Shown here in pieces: positions 60,713 to 64,000 of a stretch of DNA of 64,000 nt. Location of the stretch: assembly GCF_964204645.1 (NCBI RefSeq), contig NC_134029.1, positions 16,486,950 through 16,550,949 on the forward strand. Reading direction: 5' to 3'. A program made the position numbers and the translations under genes. The first letter of the stretch is position 1. Every line of letters begins with the position of its first letter. This DNA is from Tubulanus polymorphus. Its lineage: Eukaryota; Animalia; Nemertea. The notes below the pieces were generated by a model. That model ran no database searches, had not been told where the DNA came from, and saw only the letters and a list, made by a program, of their open reading frames with translations.

Positions 60713-62114
60713 GTAAATCTATGTAACTCTGTGTAGGTGGATGGATTTCACTGTTTTCAGTAACATAGTTGGGAGGGCCCCCCACCCCCCTCCCCCGTGT
60801 ATAAGTAATGCCTAGGGGGGCTATGATCAAGCAAAGCAGCACTTCATATAGTGCATACGATAAGAGGGTGGAAACAATCAAGATACCAGTATGAAATGTG
60901 TGGCCCTATGAATTCCTATTCGATTTTTGAAAAGATGAATTTTGACAAATATAACCCACAGAATGCATCCATTTGCCACATCCGATAGTGCCCCTTTGGG
61001 GCTCTTGTTACATTTTTTTGGTCGTTTTTTACATGTAAATAGTCCGAAAGTTTATTGTAGTTTGTATTGTTATGTATTTTTAATTTCCGGGCTCTTAATT
61101 CATAAATGGTTTAAGATAACTTTTCGGAAATTTTTCGGATTGGTTACCCTAGACACCATGAGTGACTGATTAGACTTCAGCGGTTTTTTTTGTATTTTCA
61201 CTTCTGGGCTCTAACTCATAAACGGTTTAAGTTAACTAGGTGAAATTTGATGGATGAGACTATGGGTAACTGCTCAGATTTCAGGTCCTCTAGGTCATGG
61301 TCACCGGAAGCTGTTTTTGTGATTTTCATTTCCTGCCTTCATAAACGGGTTGACATACGCTTGGTGTGTATTTTACACTCAGGTGTTTCACCTGATTTTG
61401 GGGCATCAGTGGTCTTCAGCGACATTCTATTTCTAATTGCTATAAATCGTTTTATCTCAAATATGCAGAAAACTGTTATTGCTATATTTGCTACTTACAT
61501 TTATAATATCAAATGTAGGTATCGGTACGGTAGCATCACCAAACAATATTCGACGTTCTGACATAGGAGCGCTCTGTCTGTTGGCATCTCCAGCAACCTT
61601 TCATAACTAGTTATTTTCGGAGGATTGCTTAATGCGTGTAGTGGTGCTAGTCATGTTTAACAATGAAAGTTTGGTATTCTTGTGCGAAAATTAGTGCCAT
61701 CCAAAAAATTATATTATTGCTGTTTTTGATCTTAAAATAGGGATTGACCCTGTTTTTTATTTGGTTGGTAAATTTCGTTTAAATTTTTTGATTGAGTGTC
61801 CCCTACAAACCCACCACACCTGCCGGGAGCGAAACAGGGGGTTTGATTTTGAAATCGGAAATCGAAGTACAGCTATAGTTGTGTGATCGGCGGTTGAGTT
61901 TACATAATTTTTGGTTTACCTTTGTCAGCAGTATGAGGTTGGCATTGGGCCAATTCATGTAACATAGCGGTATGTTTTTTTATGTGAGAATTTTTTTCAT
62001 TGGTTCTCGGGTTAAACGATGTATAATCGATGCAATTGAAGACATGACGAACCTCCGTCGATGACATGGTCAACTTTATTTAAATTCGGCGAAAAACTGT
62101 TTTTGGCGGGAAAA

Positions 62115-62854
62115 TTCTTAGCTCTTGTGTATAAAATTGCAATGACCTCGATTTGGGGCGTCGTCTCTACGAGCAAATGTGATTGGCTGTTTTTGGGATA
62201 TACGGGGAATTCCGGTGCTTCTAAAATAATTATGGGAAAGCCATTTATGGCGAACGTTTCATTGGACTAGGTGCCGTATATGTGCGAATTTTAAATGCTC
62301 ATTGTTGGTGATAATGTAATTATTTCACATTTCGCCATAGGTATTGATTCATTCTAATACCTATTGTAATTTCTTGTGACCTGAAAATACTAAGCAGCTA
62401 ACCATAGGTATAGGTCGAGGTCTGAATATTGTAATGGTAAATTCCAGGATTTAAAACGATCTAATACTACGCCCTGGTTTTAGCTTCCGCGGCCATACAT
62501 TGGAAGAGGTTTCGTTTCCAAGACTCAATATTCAGCCACCCTCTTGATATGTGACATCATATGAATTTTATTTGAATATATTTTCATATTGTGAAAAATA
62601 TTTTTTTTAAAATATGAAATAGTTTCCAACGCCGCACCTACCTGTACCCTACAAAATTTTGGAGGTAGACCATAAACAAATGTTTATCTTTCGTCTTATT
62701 TGACTACAAAATAATTCTTTAAGAAAGATAAAATACAATATAAACTTCTAGAACTTTGAAGTCACGAATTAAAAAGATTTTTCAAGCAATGCTCTTACTC
62801 CAAACAACCTCTAGCTTTCAAGGTAAACCACACTTTGCCCATGGGCAATTTATT
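62115..62854 (+). repeat. Interspersed repeat, copy 2 of 4272-5246
   Basis: See copy 1. Confidence 0.85.
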
Positions 62855-64000
62855 TGTTTTAATTGAAGTACATAATTGGGAAATTCGGTTCCGGTTCATT
62901 CAAACAATCTTCCAACCAGTTTGAACGGGCAAGCGACTGATTGAGGTTATTTTTTGGCTGCCTAATCAAATACATCGAAATTTTGGAAGTAACTATATTA
63001 CAAGGTTGAAGATCATTTTGTCCATTTTTATTTCTTTTTTAATCGTTTTCTATGCGTAAATAGTCCGATAGTTTAATGTAGTTTTTTTTTCGGGTAGATG
63101 TTGATGTAGTCCTCTAAGTTGATTGTCCCGCGTGTTGACTAGATAGAAAGGAAGCACATTTCAAAACGCAAATTATCCAGATGAGAGTATGGTCCTGAGG
63201 TATCCGAAGTGTAGTTGTATGACATCGACAGTGCAGCTCCGATGAGGATGGGTTTCTCCATCAAGGGGTGCGCAGTTGGTACTTCACATCTGGTACTGAG
63301 TTTGCCTAAAAGTAAAAGTTGCACATGGGGAGCAGTTTTGTGTTGCTTATATACAGTGCATAGTTAGGTCCGTGGATACCTCGCAATTGAACTGACAGTG
63401 CTATGCGCATTGATAGACCATCAGTAAGAAAGCGGCACAGGCACGTGAATATTACATATATGTTTGTACGTTTACGTATATACAGTCTTGCTCGGGTTTT
63501 ATTTACAGTGTCACATTTGGTTTTTTGGTATTTTTTAATGAGACTGGTGTCAAGAGGCAACCTTCCATTCACCGCTGCGTGCAAACAGACTGAGTTTGCT
63601 ATCCTGAAGCCAAAAAAGGAGGCACCAGCTATCACGGCAATGAGAATGACTTTACAGTCAAAACTTCAGAAACATTAACCAATGTGTATGTGATGATATA
63701 AAGCAAAAGTGGTCAGACAGTTCTATGCGTGTTGATAGACCGTCAACCCTGTTTGATCTAAATCAGAACATACCTCAAGTGTCAAAGTCAGGATATGTAG
63801 GTGTAACTGATAAATTGCTGTTACTGTTATTGTACGCATAAGGAATCTGGGTGAAGACATGGTTAGCTTATATGCCATTTTATATATTCATAGCCCTTCT
63901 ATAATACTATTATATATTATTCTATTGCCTTGCATTCACTTGAAGAAGTTTCATCTCAAGGCGCATATTCAGGCATGTGCTTTAGTTAACGTCGTGAGAT

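Noticed and set aside
63050-63680. Possible decayed hAT transposase C-terminus on the minus strand (ORFs 63139-63635)
   Set aside because: Only vague resemblance, no ERxFS motif, multiple frame breaks; would need tBLASTx/HMM support.
1-64000. Prokaryote-style operon, defence system or horizontally acquired cassette
   Set aside because: No long intronless ORFs other than LINE RT fragments; all host genes are spliced metazoan genes.

Overview
AT-rich animal (invertebrate, probably lophotrochozoan-like) nuclear DNA with spliceosomal GT-AG introns; most short ORFs in the supplied track are intronic or repeat noise. Three spliced genes can be built by hand. (1) The last four exons of an HSP110/HSPA4-type chaperone (+, 2923-6643). 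(2) A complete 13-exon SLC49A4/DIRC2-like lysosomal MFS transporter (-, 27745-9850, 527 aa) with a 14-kb transposon-filled intron. (3) The 5' part of a phosphorylase kinase alpha subunit (PHKA, +, from 34429, running off the window). Introns and intergenic DNA are dense with nested non-autonomous transposons whose TIRs and TSDs are readable. Most notable observations: a pair of tandemly duplicated, frame-incompatible (mutually exclusive) PHKA exons; a Helentron-like (HINE) family whose 154-bp internal repeats each carry a CTCF-consensus motif and whose copies all appear to face the same way; a Penelope-type minimal hammerhead ribozyme; a hAT MITE carrying two perfect CLEAR boxes inside the lysosomal transporter gene; two microexons; and a 1.2-kb locally duplicated segment inserted into a LINE. 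All calls come from manual reading, without database searches.
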